Part shown: in pieces, positions 1 through 12,254 of the stretch | Numbering within the stretch: the stretch's first letter is position 1 | Layout of the letters: each line of letters opens with the position of its first letter | Origin: Octopus vulgaris | Taxonomy: Eukaryota | Assembly: GCA_951406725.2 (NCBI GenBank) | Contig: OX597815.1 | Span: forward strand, 44,082,001-44,146,000 | DNA length: 64,000 nucleotides | Direction of reading: 5' to 3' | The notes under the pieces: model-generated | Database searches by the model: none | The model's input: only the letters and a program-made list of their open reading frames with translations | Told to the model about the DNA's origin: nothing | Position numbers and translations under genes: made by a program

Positions 1-398
1 TAATCAATGTTGTTATCGTGCAATGCCTGTGCAAGAAGTTTTTTTTTTAAAGTGAGGAAAGGCTGTGCACTGAGTTAATCCCACTCACTAAGCAACAGCA
101 GCCATAATCCGGAAAGAAGAACAAGTCAACATCATCGGTAACCACTGAGCCACATATATTATGTTGGAGTTATCCCAGTTACCTGAGTTACCTTCTCCTA
201 GGAGGAAGCCCTAACAAAGGCTAGGAGTCCTTCACTCCCAATGGTTTAACCGAGCGATCGGGTATTCAGTCCAATTATTTCTATGTCCCTGCGCATGATA
301 CAACCTTAAGACATTCATTGGATGGCCGTTGTCTCTCAAGAGTTCCTCCGCCCTTTGACGGGTTTTGTCTTTCATCTCGCAGTAGCACTCGAATGTGA

Positions 399-441
<43 letters not shown>

Positions 442-488
442 ATACATATATATATATATATATAGATATGTATATCTATGTATATCTA

Positions 489-660
489 TTTTTATTCATT
501 TATGTGTTTCAGTCATTTGACTGCGGCCATGCTAGAGCACCGTCATGAAGTGCTTTTGTCGAATAATTCGAACTCCAAGACTTATTTTTAAGCCTACTAT
601 TTATTCTAGCAGTCTCTTTGCCGCTTCTCAAGCGATGGTAGAGGGGGACAAACACGTACG
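489..660 (-). mobile_element. SINE family A, 3' part only
   Basis: Reverse complement of the family A tail (tttcagtcatttgactgcggccatgctagagcacc...). Confidence 0.7.
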
Positions 661-722
661 CATAAATCTGTACAGGGTCACGAATGGCTGTGTGGATGGG
701 CGCAGGATTGGCTGTGTGGATG

Positions 723-1008
723 GGTGCAGAAGTGGTTGTGTGGTAAGAAGCTTGCTTCCCAACCACATGGTTCCGGGTTCAGACCCACTGCGTAGCACCT
801 AGGTCAAGTGTCTTCTACTATAGCCTCGGACCAACCAAAACCTTGTGAGTGGATTTGGTAGACGGAAACTGAAAGAAGCTCGTCGTATATATATATATAC
901 ACACATACATACACACATACATACACACATACATACACACATACATACATACATACATACATACATACATACATACATACATACATACATACATACATAC
1001 ATACATGA

Positions 1009-1064
<56 letters not shown>

Positions 1065-1198
1065 GTATGTATGTATTTGTGTGTCTGTGCTGGTCGCTTG
1101 ACAACCGACTCATGGTCTGTTTCCGTTCCCATAATCTAACTGTTCGGCAAAAGAGGCCAAAACAATAAGTACTAGGCTTACAAAGAATAAGCCCTAGT
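723..1198 (+). mobile_element. SINE family A: tRNA-like head, CORE-like segment, internal microsatellite
   Basis: Head tggttgtgtggtaagaagcttgcttcccaaccacatggttccgggttcagaccc (A/B-box-like), then cacctaggtcaagtg, internal (TA)/(CATA)n and a conserved 3' half. About 18 copies or fragments in the window. Confidence 0.85.
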
Positions 1199-1321
1199 AC
1201 GACAGGCTTCTTTCAGTTTCCGTCTACGAAATCCTCACAAGGCTTTGGCCGGCCCGAGGCTTTAGGAGATGAAAAACTTATGTGATGCATCAGTATGTGT
1301 TGCAGCCCACTATATTCTTTT

Positions 1322-1566
1322 ATGCTTTTATTTGTTTCACTCTTTTTGACTGTGGCCATGCGGGAGCCCCACTTTGAAGGATTTTAGTCGAATGAATCGA
1401 CCCCAGGGCTTGTTATCTTAAGCCTAGAACTTATTCTATCATTCGTTTTTGCTGAACCGTAAGTTACGTGGACGTAAAGGTACCAAGGCTGGTTTTCATG
1501 CGGTGATGGAGGAATATAGAAACAAAGACACACACACACTCATCACACATACACACACATACCCCC

Positions 1567-1640
<74 letters not shown>

Positions 1641-1947
1641 ATATATAATAGACCTTTATATAAATAACGTGAAATACACGAAGAGACGAACAAAAAGACA
1701 AACGGGTCATTCAAGCCTTCATTCTTCAGTCAGAAACTGATCCCTCATCGCAGATTTCGGCTGTTTAATTCTGAGATCCGCTATACACACACTCACGACG
1801 GGCTACTTTGAGTTTCCGGCAACCAAATCCACTCACAAGGCTTTGATCGACCCGGGGCTATAGTAAAAGACACCTGCCCAAGGTGTCACACAGTGGGACT
1901 GAACCCGGAACCATGTGGTTGGGAAGCAAGCTTCTTACCACACAGTC
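1322..1947 (-). mobile_element. SINE family A, interrupted in its internal microsatellite by a PLE-like fragment
   Basis: 3' half at 1322-1530 and 5' half at 1795-1947 both match family A; foreign sequence lies at about 1650-1781. Confidence 0.8.
1714..1781 (-). ncRNA. Putative rearranged (non-circularly permuted) hammerhead ribozyme
   Basis: Minus strand GCGGAUC|UCAGAA-uuaaac-AGCC-GAAA-UCUGC-14nt-UUCUGA-CUGAAGA-augaa-GGCU. Stem III GCGGAU/AUCUGC, stem I UCAGAA/UUCUGA, candidate stem II AGCC/GGCU, NUH triplet AUC. Confidence 0.6.
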
Positions 1948-2310
1948 ACAAGTCACATCCTCGCCTATATGTAGAAAATTTCATGAAAACAATATCCGTT
2001 TTTCTGATATTTATAAGGAAACAAAGTCAGGTGGAAGCACACTCTTGTAGGTATGCATGTGACTATATCCTGTTTGGACCTGAGTTTGTTCATGAGCGCT
2101 TGTATGTATTTGTATTTATTTTGCATATGCATGTGTGAGTCATCGTCGTTGTCGTCGTCGTCATCATGTGTCTTACGCTTTTACAGTGGGTTCACGGTAC
2201 TACAACGAAAGTCTCCCCGATTAGGCGCGAGATCTCCCTTCGTTTTGACCTATTCATAGTGCTTTCTTGGCAGAGATATTGGGGGTGGTTTGCCAATGCT
2301 TTTCCCGACA

Positions 2311-2640
2311 GGCTCAGTGGTTAGAGCGTCGGGCTCACAGTCATGAGGTAGTGAGTTCGATTCCCTGACTGGCTGTGTATTGTGTTCTTGAGCAAGACAC
2401 TTTATGTTTCACTTTGATCCAGCTCCCTCAGCTGTAGAAATTAATTGCGTCATTACTGGTGCCAAGCTATATCAACTTTTGCCTTTCCCTTGGTTAACAT
2501 CAGTGGCATGGCGATGGGAGGCTGGTATGCATGGGCGACTGCTTGTCTTCCATAAACAACCTTGGCTGGACTTGTACCTCAGAGGGTATCTATTTAGGTA
2601 CAATCCCATGGTCAGTCATGACCAAAGTGGATCTTTACCC
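2311..2640 (+). mobile_element. tRNA-derived CORE-type SINE (family D)
   Basis: ggctcagtggttagagcg (A box), gagttcgattcc (B box), tgtgttcttgagcaagacacttta (CORE-like). Confidence 0.7.
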
Positions 2641-2814
2641 TTTGCCCCAACAGCACGATCGTTGGCCCACAAGAAACTCATCCACCCTTCTACAGGTCTT
2701 ATTTCTAGTCCTGCTGAGTGTCCGGTACCCCTCTCACAAAAGTAGCATACTACTCAAATGGGCGAGCCGGTTTAACCACTGAATACCCAACCATGGAGCA
2801 GGTAGTGTTAGTTT

Positions 2815-2982
2815 GTGGAGGCGCAATGGCCCAGTGGTTAGGGCAGCGGACTCGCGGTCGTAGGATCGCGGTTTCGATTCCCAGACCGGGCGTTATGAGT
2901 GTTTATTGAGCGAAAACACCTAAAAAGCTCCACGAGGCTCCGGCAGGGGATGGTGGTGATCCCTGCTGTACTCTTTCACCAC

Positions 2983-3049
<67 letters not shown>

Positions 3050-3256
3050 TTCCTGTTTCTGTTGTACCTGTATTTCAAAGGGCCGGCCTTGTCACTCTCT
3101 GTGTCACGCTGAATATCCCCGAGAACTACGTTAAGGGTACGCGTGTCTGTGGAGTGCTCAGCCACTTACACGTTAATTTCACGAGCAGACTGTTCCGTTG
3201 ATTCGGATCAACCGGAACCCTCGTCGTCGGAACCGACGAAGTGCTTCCATCTATCC
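2815..3256 (+). mobile_element. SINE family C, tail variant 1
   Basis: Head gtggaggcgcaatggcccagtggttaggg...ggtttcgattccc, internal (CT)n, 11-bp target-site duplication (TSD) agtgttagttt on both sides. Confidence 0.85.
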
Positions 3257-3567
3257 AGTGTTAGTTTACATGACGCCAGTAGCAGGTTTTATCCCCCTGT
3301 AATGGGATCTCTGGCATGTCAATATATGTGAGTGGAAATACGAAAACGTGAAAAATATATACTCTTCAAACTGTTCTATGTTAACATGATGTATCTATTT
3401 GCACATGTGTAGTTATGCACGGCTGTGAAGACCCTAGACTGTGTGATGTGTATTGTGCATGAAACTAAGATCATGTGAGTTTGTGCATGTTTCTGTATGT
3501 GTGTTAAATGAGTATGTGTGTCTAAGCTCCACGTAACTGTGTGTCTATGGTTCTGTATCTGCCAACT

Positions 3568-3782
3568 TTTGCTTGTTTCAGTTATTGGACTGCGGCCATT
3601 TGTGGCACTGCGGTGCTGCCTTGAAGGGTTTAGTCGAACAAATCGACCCAGTTCATTCTTTTAAAACCCGGTATATACTCTGTTGGTGTTATTTTACCGA
3701 AGTGCTAAGCTGTGGGGGATAAGAATAAATAAACACTGGTTGTCACGCGGTGCTAGGGCACACACACACATACAAACACAAA

Positions 3783-3864
<82 letters not shown>

Positions 3865-4020
3865 CAGGCTTCTTTTAATTTTTGCCTACCATATCCACTC
3901 ACATGGCATTAGCTGGTCCGGAGCTACAGTAGAAGACACTTGTCCAAGGTGCCACGCAGTGCGATTGAACCCAAGACTATGTGGTTGGGAAGCAAACTTC
4001 TTAACCACTCAAATACGTCT
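3568..4020 (-). mobile_element. SINE family A (diverged)
   Basis: Both halves match family A around a (CA)n tract. Confidence 0.75.
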
Positions 4021-4394
4021 TCGATGTATACGTACAAGGTTTTAAGTATGTAATTACGTATGTATAGTCTGTAAGAATGTCTGCATCGGCGCGTTTGTTT
4101 GACTACATGTATAAAAATAAGTATCATACATAATGAATAGATACATCTCACCAATACAAACCCATGCAATGCTCTCATGTGTACCTTTCTAATCGCTCAC
4201 ACAACACATGCAGAGAAAGAGAGGGAGGGAAGACTATGTACCCCAGGTGCGTACTTACAGCGGGGTATATGCAGCTATATAATATATACAACAAGGTGTA
4301 TATTTTCAGTTAGGTATACGCAGCCATGTAATATATACAATAAGGTGTGCTTTGTATCTCTCACGAAAATACGCACACACACACACACAAGTCA

Positions 4395-4465
<71 letters not shown>

Positions 4466-4602
4466 TTATACACATAAATCCGAGCGTACTGTGTGGGGTG
4501 GAAGATGATGCACCACCGTCGCAACGACTTTGATAGTGTTCGAAATATCAGATGTCACGGAACAAAATGAACCAACATCAACAGTGTCGTGACATTTTGT
4601 AC

Positions 4603-4643
<41 letters not shown>

Positions 4644-5022
4644 CACACACACGCACACACTCTTGACACTTTTACGCATATACTGATGAATTAGTTTTGT
4701 TTGAGATGTGTAAATCACGAGACTTCTCACTTGAGTCAATTACTTAACTTTATGACTAAATAATTTGTAAAAGTCGATGAAATAGTTGTAGCATTATGCA
4801 ATAAAAGTTGTTCATAGGTCCATATATAATGAATTATATGCTTGAGTGTGTGTTTGTGTGTATGCATGTATGTTTATGTATATATATCCTTATCTTCTTG
4901 GAGATTTGGGGTAAAATTATACTAATGTCTCCTAATTTAATTAAATTCTATGTCTTTGTACAGCTGAAGATTGCTCTACATTTTAAATTGATGTAGTGAA
5001 ATATGTATGTATGTATGTATAT

Positions 5023-5099
<77 letters not shown>

Positions 5100-5199
5100 A
5101 TGTGTGTGTGTGTGTGTGTGTGTGTATATCTGTATACGTACACACACATACAGTTGTGGACCTCAACTGGGTTTTAAGAGTATCAGTAGTTTTTGAGAT

Positions 5200-5880
5200 G
5201 TAAATTATCTTCTGACCCTGAAGAGAGGGACTAGCTGTTGGAATGCGATCCCAGTAGTGTTTAAGGATATGTCTTTAAGGATATACCTTTGCCCGAAGAA
5301 ATCTGAGTGAAAGTGAGTCTCAACAATTTGAGCGATTTTGAGGGTTTTAACTAAGTATTTCCCATGACTAGGGTAGTGGGATACGATGATGTGTTCTTGA
5401 TATCAAGGCTTTTTGTATTTTCTTGCTATTGAAAAGGACAAGATAAGCAGAGTCACATGGGAGAATATTTTTGAGGTCACTGTTTTCGGAGTCAAGTGTG
5501 TGCTTGGTGTCCGAGTTCAATGTTGCGAATGAATAATGCATGGTTAAAGAATATTAGGGAAGAACGAAGTGCCATCTGTGAAAGTAAGATGCGAGTAAGA
5601 TGTTGATAAATAGTACGATAGTTGATAAATTGAAGAAAATGAGTTGTGAACACAGTGAACTTGAAATAATGAGGAAGAGAATGAGATCCATCAGCACACG
5701 CTGCAATAATGCGATCTGATAGGAAACCTCCGATCTAAGAAATGAAAGACGGGTGGTGCCCATGGGCAGGAAGTTTCAATTTCAATAGGAGATTCGCTTG
5801 CCAGACACGCTCGAAAGCTTCGGTGATGTCGAAAGCAACAACATTGCTTTCACCAAATTCTTCATAAGAATTCACTCGTG
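5200..5880 (-). mobile_element. CR1/Jockey-group LINE reverse transcriptase relic
   Basis: Minus-strand translation EFGESNVVAFDITEAFERVW resembles the RT motif FGESxVVALDISKAFDRVW. Heavily disrupted. Confidence 0.55.
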
Positions 5881-6135
5881 AGTGTCAAAAGAAAGAAATT
5901 TTATTTGGCTCTCTTTGTGTAACTAAATAACCGATATCAGAAACTTTGGTAATTTCTTGCGGTAAGTGTCACACGTTTTGTTCAACTTTGCAGAAACATG
6001 GTTAATTGTGCCTGAAAGAACAAAGGTGAGAGCTTCTCGAATAAAAAGGCCTCTGCTGCTGGTGTTGTCATTGTCCAACCTAACAAACGCTGTTAGAATT
6101 GTAACTGTACTCCTGTTATTATATAAACACCTCAA

Positions 6136-6340
6136 GGCGGCGAGCTGGCAGAATCATTAGCACGCCGGACAAAATAATTAGCAGCATTTCGTCCGTCTGC
6201 AATATCTAAATTCAAATTCTGCTGAGGTCAACTTTGCCTTTCATCCTTTCGGGGTCGATAAATTAGGTACCAGTGAAACACTGGGGTCGATGTAATCGAC
6301 TAGTCCCCTCCCCTCAAATTCCGTGCCTTTAGTAGAAAGA
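6136..6340 (+). mobile_element. SINE family B
   Basis: ggcggcgagctggcagaatc...ttcaaattc...gcctttcatcctttcggggtcgataaattaggtacc. About 14 copies in the window. Confidence 0.85.
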
Positions 6341-6358
6341 ATTATATCAACACCTCAA

Positions 6359-6586
6359 GGTGGCGAGCAGGCAGAATTGTTAGCGCACCGGGCAAAATGC
6401 TTAGCGGCATTTCGTTCGCCTTTACTTTCTGAGTTCAAATTCTGCGGGAGTCGATTTTGCCTTTCATCGTTTTTTTTTGGGGGGGGGGGGGGGGGCTATA
6501 AAATAAGTACCAGTTGAAAATTGAAGTCGATTTAGTCGACTCAGTACCTCTCCCAAACCTGCTGGCCTTGTGCTAAAATTTGAAAC
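6359..6586 (+). mobile_element. SINE family B (second tandem copy, different tail)
   Basis: Same head and body as 6136-6340, with tail gctggccttgtgctaaaatttgaaac. Confidence 0.8.
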
Positions 6587-7389
6587 TATTATATAAACAC
6601 CATAGACTGGTAGAGAAGTGTAGATTCGAATGAATCTGCTGGAACAGGTACAACAATGGTTCCCAAAATGTTCCGGATTACTGATTTTTGCGAGCAGGAG
6701 GTGGTCACACTCTAAATTAAACTAACATTAAGTTTAAATAATTAAATGAAATATGGATGCCTGTATATTAGTATAAATGATACAAATTTATTAATATTGT
6801 ACTTGTGCAAGATACAAGTAACCTGGTTTGGCGGCCTCGGGAATTTGAAGTTCCTTCTCGTAAATTATTGCGGAGTATAAGAGGTTTCGCACTCTCAGTA
6901 TCCGGAAAGTTTGTGCTGTACCTGACCTGTATATTCTCGACTGGAATTAAATTATAAATATTAGATAATATAAAACAGAAGCAAAATTAAACACTATAAG
7001 TTCATTTTAATAGTCTATTTAATTTCTCAGTCTAACGCTTTTTTGGGTTTTTTTTACAAATATATATAAACAAATCAAAATACATAAATGTCCCCTAAAC
7101 TAACTATTTCACCATATTGATTTCTTTTATCTGTGATCGTTGTATACTTCAGGTTATCCCGGTCAGGAAAAATCGAAGCTATTCTAGCCGTGAACATACC
7201 ATCCTCTTATTTTCAGAATTAAGTTATCTAGGATTACGGTATTCAATATGTTATTATATTAAGACCGTAGTGTGAGATTTGTGGAAAGATAACAATTCTA
7301 TAAGCGGTTCTATCGCTGCTTCGTTTCAAACCGCCCATAGTGTTTTGCCGAGGTATGGTAGCAATAGTTTTCTATTATACCGGTGAAAA

Positions 7390-7710
7390 TATTTCTGAAA
7401 GAAAGTTTGAAAATGTTATTCCTGAAATAATTTACACATGTAAAATTAGAAACGTGTGTTATTCTGTCACTCAACTCTAGGTGCACATTTGCTACAACGG
7501 AAACAGCTGTAAGTCAATGAGTGTAATTATGTAAATTATTTCTGAAAGAAAGTTTGAAAATATATATCCTGAAATAAATTTACATAACTAAAATTATATA
7601 AGTTTACATAAATAAAATTACAAACCTATGTCATATTTTCATTATCTCTGAGTGCACAGTTAATTAAAGCGGAAATGGCTGTAAGGCAACGAGAGTGATT
7701 ATGCAACTCC
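7390..7710 (+). repeat. Diverged tandem duplication (about 150-170 bp unit)
   Basis: atttctgaaagaaagtttgaaaat...gtgcaca...cggaaa..gctgtaag occurs twice in a row. Confidence 0.7.
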
Positions 7711-7925
7711 TCTTCTTTTGTCATTTAAGTATCATACTATTATTATGCTCTGTACTTATCTTCCGGTTTATATAGAAGTCGAGAGATGAGTGAATTCACG
7801 CTACCTCGCCGCCGGAGCGTTGAAATATTATAAATATTTATAAATATATTATTCTTTTGTTATTTTATACGTTCCAACCCTAAGGCTGTGGCCATGCTCG
7901 GGCACCGCCAGTGTACAATTATTGT

Positions 7926-8103
7926 TTTTGTTTGTTCCTTCTCGAGCCACGCCTGGCTCATAGGGCCGGTTGCCCGGTTTCATTGGCGTATAGGTTCCCC
8001 ACCTGGACGGGACGCCGGTCCGTCGCAGGTGAGCTGCGAAATGCAGGAGGAAGGACTGAGAGAAAGTTGTGGCAAAAGAGTCAGCAGAAGTGTACGCCAT
8101 TAC
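7926..8103 (-). mobile_element. SINE family C, 5'-truncated, V-domain-like tail
   Basis: Closely similar to 47916-48090; contains cctgcgacggaccggcgtcccgtccagg. Confidence 0.75.
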
Positions 8104-8109
8104 GTTTTG

Positions 8110-8318
8110 CCGGACCCAGAAGTTGCTGGTAAAAACAGGTGGGATTGGCTGATGAAAGGAACCCCAAAAAAGAGAGAGCGAGTGCACTATACTGGCAGCG
8201 CAAGACCAAGCTTTGGTCATGAAGTGGGAGAGGGGTCAACCTTAGGAATGAGCAAGTGTCTCCACTGTAATGCATCTGCAATAGAGTGGATGAAACCATT
8301 GCCCATATCACGAACGAA
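8110..8318 (+). mobile_element. R4/Dong-like LINE fragment
   Basis: Frameshifted translation WDWLMKG..ESECTILAAQDQAL...C..VDETIAHI matches the WL..G.LK.E.EG.I.AAQDQ / CCHC region of the LINEs at 52.5 and 56.2 kb. Confidence 0.6.
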
Positions 8319-8319
8319 T

Positions 8320-8374
8320 GATAAACAGCGCATGACCTTGCAGATGAGGCCCAGTTAGAATTTTCTTCATGTCG

Positions 8375-8427
<53 letters not shown>

Positions 8428-8626
8428 AAGAAAAGTGCCATTGTCATCTAGTGAGCGATATTTCGATATCTCGTGTGTCTTCAACAGGTTCAAAAAATAA
8501 TTTTGTCAATCTACTTCATCTGGTTTAATATAATGAAGTGGATTGACAAAATTATTTTTTGATCCTGTTGAAGACACACGAGATGTCGAAATATCGTTCA
8601 CTAGATGACAATGACACTTTTCTTTA

Positions 8627-8665
<39 letters not shown>

Positions 8666-8721
8666 CGACATGAAGAAAATTCTAACTGGGCCCCAATCTG
8701 CAAGGTCATGCGCTGTTTATC
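8320..8721. repeat. About 400-bp inverted repeat (arms 8320-8519 and 8533-8721, 13-nt spacer)
   Basis: Arms are reverse complements with few mismatches. Each carries a (TAT/ATA)n tract and a CTGTTGAAGAC...GTCGAAA hammerhead-like motif. Confidence 0.9.
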
Positions 8722-8834
8722 TTCATATGAGATCATCATGTCGCGCACATATAGTTGTGATGCATGTGCCTAGTGTACTCTTATCAGACGGGTAGTCATG
8801 ATGGGTATACTGGGCTTCATATATTTTACCCCAA

Positions 8835-9048
8835 ATTTTTGCCACAGGGGCAGCTTGGGGGAAGTGGGAATGGGTTGATGATCGATTACATCGACCCCAG
8901 TGTTCAACTGGTACTTATTTTATTTTACCCTGACAGGATGAAAAGGCAAAGTCGACCTCGGCGGAATTTGAACTCAGAACTTAGCAACGGGCTAATTACC
9001 GCTAAGCATTTCGCCCGGCGTGCTAACGATTCTACCAGCTCGTCGCCT
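8835..9048 (-). mobile_element. SINE family B
   Basis: gtcgacctcggcggaatttgaactcag...ccagctcgtcgcc. Confidence 0.85.
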
Positions 9049-9070
9049 TAATAATGATAGTGACATTACA

Positions 9071-9148
<78 letters not shown>

Positions 9149-9559
9149 GGCTCGTGCACGAACGTTGAAGTGATCGTTAGTGGTAAGTAAACAGAAGAAA
9201 TACATCAAGTATTTTTTTAAATATCTCGTCGACATACAAAGTAACCAATTATAAACAACGTACTCTTACATTTACATGCGATAAATATTAAAACTATTTG
9301 CCGCACATTCCATATGTACTAATATAGATAGTAACTGTATGTATTCGCCAAAGATTAGAGTTGAAAAGCTTACACACACACACATACACACGCATCATAT
9401 GTGTCAAGTTGTAATAAAAGCTATTGAACATTACACTGAAGAATTACTCAATACGTTTTGTGGAGTACGTTTATTGTACTTTTAGAAGAAGAGGGGTGAC
9501 ACTGCCTTCGACGTTTGGGCCGTCGTCGGTCTGCTAGCCCGGTGATGGATATCAAAAAT

Positions 9560-9817
9560 TTTTTTTCTTGAGCCTTATAGGCTTATTAGGCCAGCGCTTA
9601 CCCATGTATCTGAGAGCTTAAGGGTGGTTTCCGTTCGGTGTTCATCACAAGGTTAAACACTGCAGCCTCTGGTATTCATTTCCAGCTTAGTGGACAGGAG
9701 CAACGGGAAATTAAATGCCCTTCCGAAGATCATAATGTGCCGCCCGGACCAGGAATGGAACACATGACCTAAATATCGTGAACTCAACACTATAACCATT
9801 AGGTCACATACCTTCAC
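9560..9817 (-). mobile_element. Degenerate tRNA/CORE-type SINE
   Basis: Minus strand gtgacctaatggttatagtg...gttccattcctgg...gttgctcctgtccactaagctg. Confidence 0.45.
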
Positions 9818-9834
9818 GAATCTTAAACTGATTT

Positions 9835-10032
9835 CAAACTTTTGTACAATTTCAGAGGAGGGGTAAGTCGATTACATCGACCCCAGTATTCAACTGATAC
9901 TTACTTTATCGACCTGAAAGTGATGAAAGGCAAAGTCGACCTCGGCAGAATTTGAACTCAGAACCTGCAGACGGACGAAATGTGACTAAGCATGTTGCCG
10001 GACGTGCTAACGATTCTACCAGCACGCCGCCT
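9835..10032 (-). mobile_element. SINE family B
   Basis: Family B body and head on the minus strand. Confidence 0.8.
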
Positions 10033-10519
10033 TTAATAAATTGCTAATTGAAAATCATTAGTTGTGTAAGCATATATAATTGATAATTGATTTGTGATTA
10101 ATCAGTCAAATTTATGCTATTGCAATGGGCCTGCAACTATAAAAAAATCCACTATCAGTGAAGAGGCTTTTAGTTACGAATAATGGTAAGGCTCAACTAG
10201 TCAGAAATCAATTTGGGGGTAGAAAACCGAGTAGAATGACTGCATCAATGTATGTAGATAACTGGCCCTGCTTTACCAAACTGAAGAATTAAATTAAAAT
10301 AAAAAAATTGAAATGCGAGTTATTTTAACATAGAAATAAAAGTACCAAATAATGTCCTTGAAAACATTTATGTAGTCCAGTGCTGCGTTCATCGCAGCTG
10401 GTGATGTTAACTATAGCATGATATTTCTTCAGTATTTCAGAAACTGTTGGTGGTGCTGAAATATGCTATTAATAAAGCAGCGTAAAGTAATATTGCATCT
10501 GTATGGCGTTGTAATCAAT

Positions 10520-10875
10520 TGCATATATGTATGTATGTATGTATGTATGTATATAGGAATATGTGTGTGTGTGTGTGCATGCATGTATGTATGTATATGT
10601 CTGTGTGTGCATGTATGTATGCATGTATGTATGTTTGTATGTATGTATGTGTGTATGTATGTATGTATGTATGTATGTATGCATGCATGTATGTATGTAT
10701 GTATGTATGTATGTATGTGTGTATGCATGCATGTATGTATGTATGTATGTATGTATGTATGTATGTATGTGTGTGTGTGTATGTATGTATGTATGTATGT
10801 GTGTATGTATGTATGTATGTATGTATGTGTGTATGTATGTATGTATGTATGTATGTATGTATGTATGTATCTATG
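10520..10875. repeat. (TATG)n compound microsatellite
   Basis: Directly visible. Similar long tracts at 14085-14235, 21245-21335 and 24125-24905. Confidence 0.95.
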
Positions 10876-11024
10876 TTAGATCACTTTTTAAGGCTCTCTT
10901 GAGTGCTACTGGTAACATGGAATCCAGTACAACCTGTTGCATGGTTCGGTCGTTGGCATCTAAAGTGACATATATGTGTGTGTATGTGTGCTCTCTGTGT
11001 GTGTGTGTGTGTGTGTGTGTATAC

Positions 11025-11114
<90 letters not shown>

Positions 11115-11116
11115 TT

Positions 11117-11720
11117 CTAGCAGCTAAGCCCGGTTTCACCCGGTCGGTTTGGTTGATATGGCTGTAAAACCTGCTCTGTGTAAGCATTCGACTTGTTTAG
11201 GCACGCTTACGTTAAAAAACAATTTTAGAATAACATTTTTCTGTCAAAACGCTAAAATTAACTGACCAACAAAAAAAAACAACCAAGATTCAACCACATA
11301 AAAAAATAAACCCAAATACTAAGCGAACAAAGATGAACCATCCCATTTTCACTGCGCGCGCACACGCACACAAACAAACGCACACACACATTCGTACACT
11401 CCCTCTTTTACATACGCACACACATATATTCACACAGAGTTGAAACGCTGTTTGATTTATTTTTTCAGAGTACAATTTTCATCATCCCACTACCAAGTAT
11501 GACATCAACCCTTCCTCATCGATGTATCACCACTTCCTTTCTCATTCATAAACACAAGAGTATTACTATAGGCAGATTATCTCGGTAACCACGGGAGCTA
11601 TGAAAAACATGACACCACCTCTTCCTTCCTTATTCATCTACCCTTCTTTCTCATTCATAAACACAAGAGTATTATTATAGTAGATCATCTCTGTAACCAT
11701 GAGAGCTATGAAAATAAAAT
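11117..11720 (-). mobile_element. Helitron-like non-autonomous element (3' end)
   Basis: Minus-strand 3' terminus ccgggtgaaaccgggcttagctgCTAG (subterminal hairpin plus CTAG). Internal tandem duplication of about 105 bp at 11530-11720. Confidence 0.55.
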
Positions 11721-11917
11721 ACAAAGCCCAGCATCACCACCAGATCATTCTACACATCTGTGTAATCTTTCACGCAATTCCACCCAACCGTTTGACTGTG
11801 AATCCCAAGACAAGAAAGAATCGCCCATGTCAAATTTATATATATATATATTTGTGTTTGTGTATATATATATATGAATATATGTTTGTATGTATGTATA
11901 TACATACATATATATAT

Positions 11918-12040
11918 CGAAACAAGGAGGAATACCACAGTCGACGACTGAGGAGGAGTCAGACTTCTTTTGGTATTTTGTCCTGTACTTATCTCTCGTT
12001 GTGTGTTCACGTATATTTCACTCGTTGGTAATCCTGTTTA
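11918..12040 (+). mobile_element. PLE-like terminal fragment with truncated rearranged-hammerhead motif
   Basis: CGAAACAAGG-13nt-TCGACGA-CTGAGGA-GGAG then a T-rich tail like those after the 1.7 and 19 kb motifs. Flanked by TA-rich repeats. Confidence 0.45.
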
Positions 12041-12254
12041 TATACATATATATATAATGTGGTTTTAGAGTCAGGTTTTGGCTGCTATATCTAGCATGGT
12101 GGCATCTTTCAGATACCCTTAATTATAATTTTAATAATAATTATTAGCTTTGAGGTTTTTATTCCCAGTGGTATTTTGACCATATCGCACGAAGAGTTTT
12201 AGGCGGGCAATTTAAACTGGTCATGTGAATACGTGCATATATATATATATGTAT

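Noticed and set aside
1-400. Possible LINE 5' UTR-type repeat at the window edge
   Set aside because: It looks repeat-like, but there is no second copy or coding motif in the window to support a call.
2819-2892. tRNA-like sequence (also at 23365-23436, 41692-41765, 48145-48215)
   Set aside because: SINE heads: they continue into shared SINE bodies with TSDs and lack a proper acceptor stem.
7495-7515. GAAACAGCTGTAAG as a hammerhead 3' half
   Set aside because: No CUGANGA core upstream, and the tandem copy does not conserve it.
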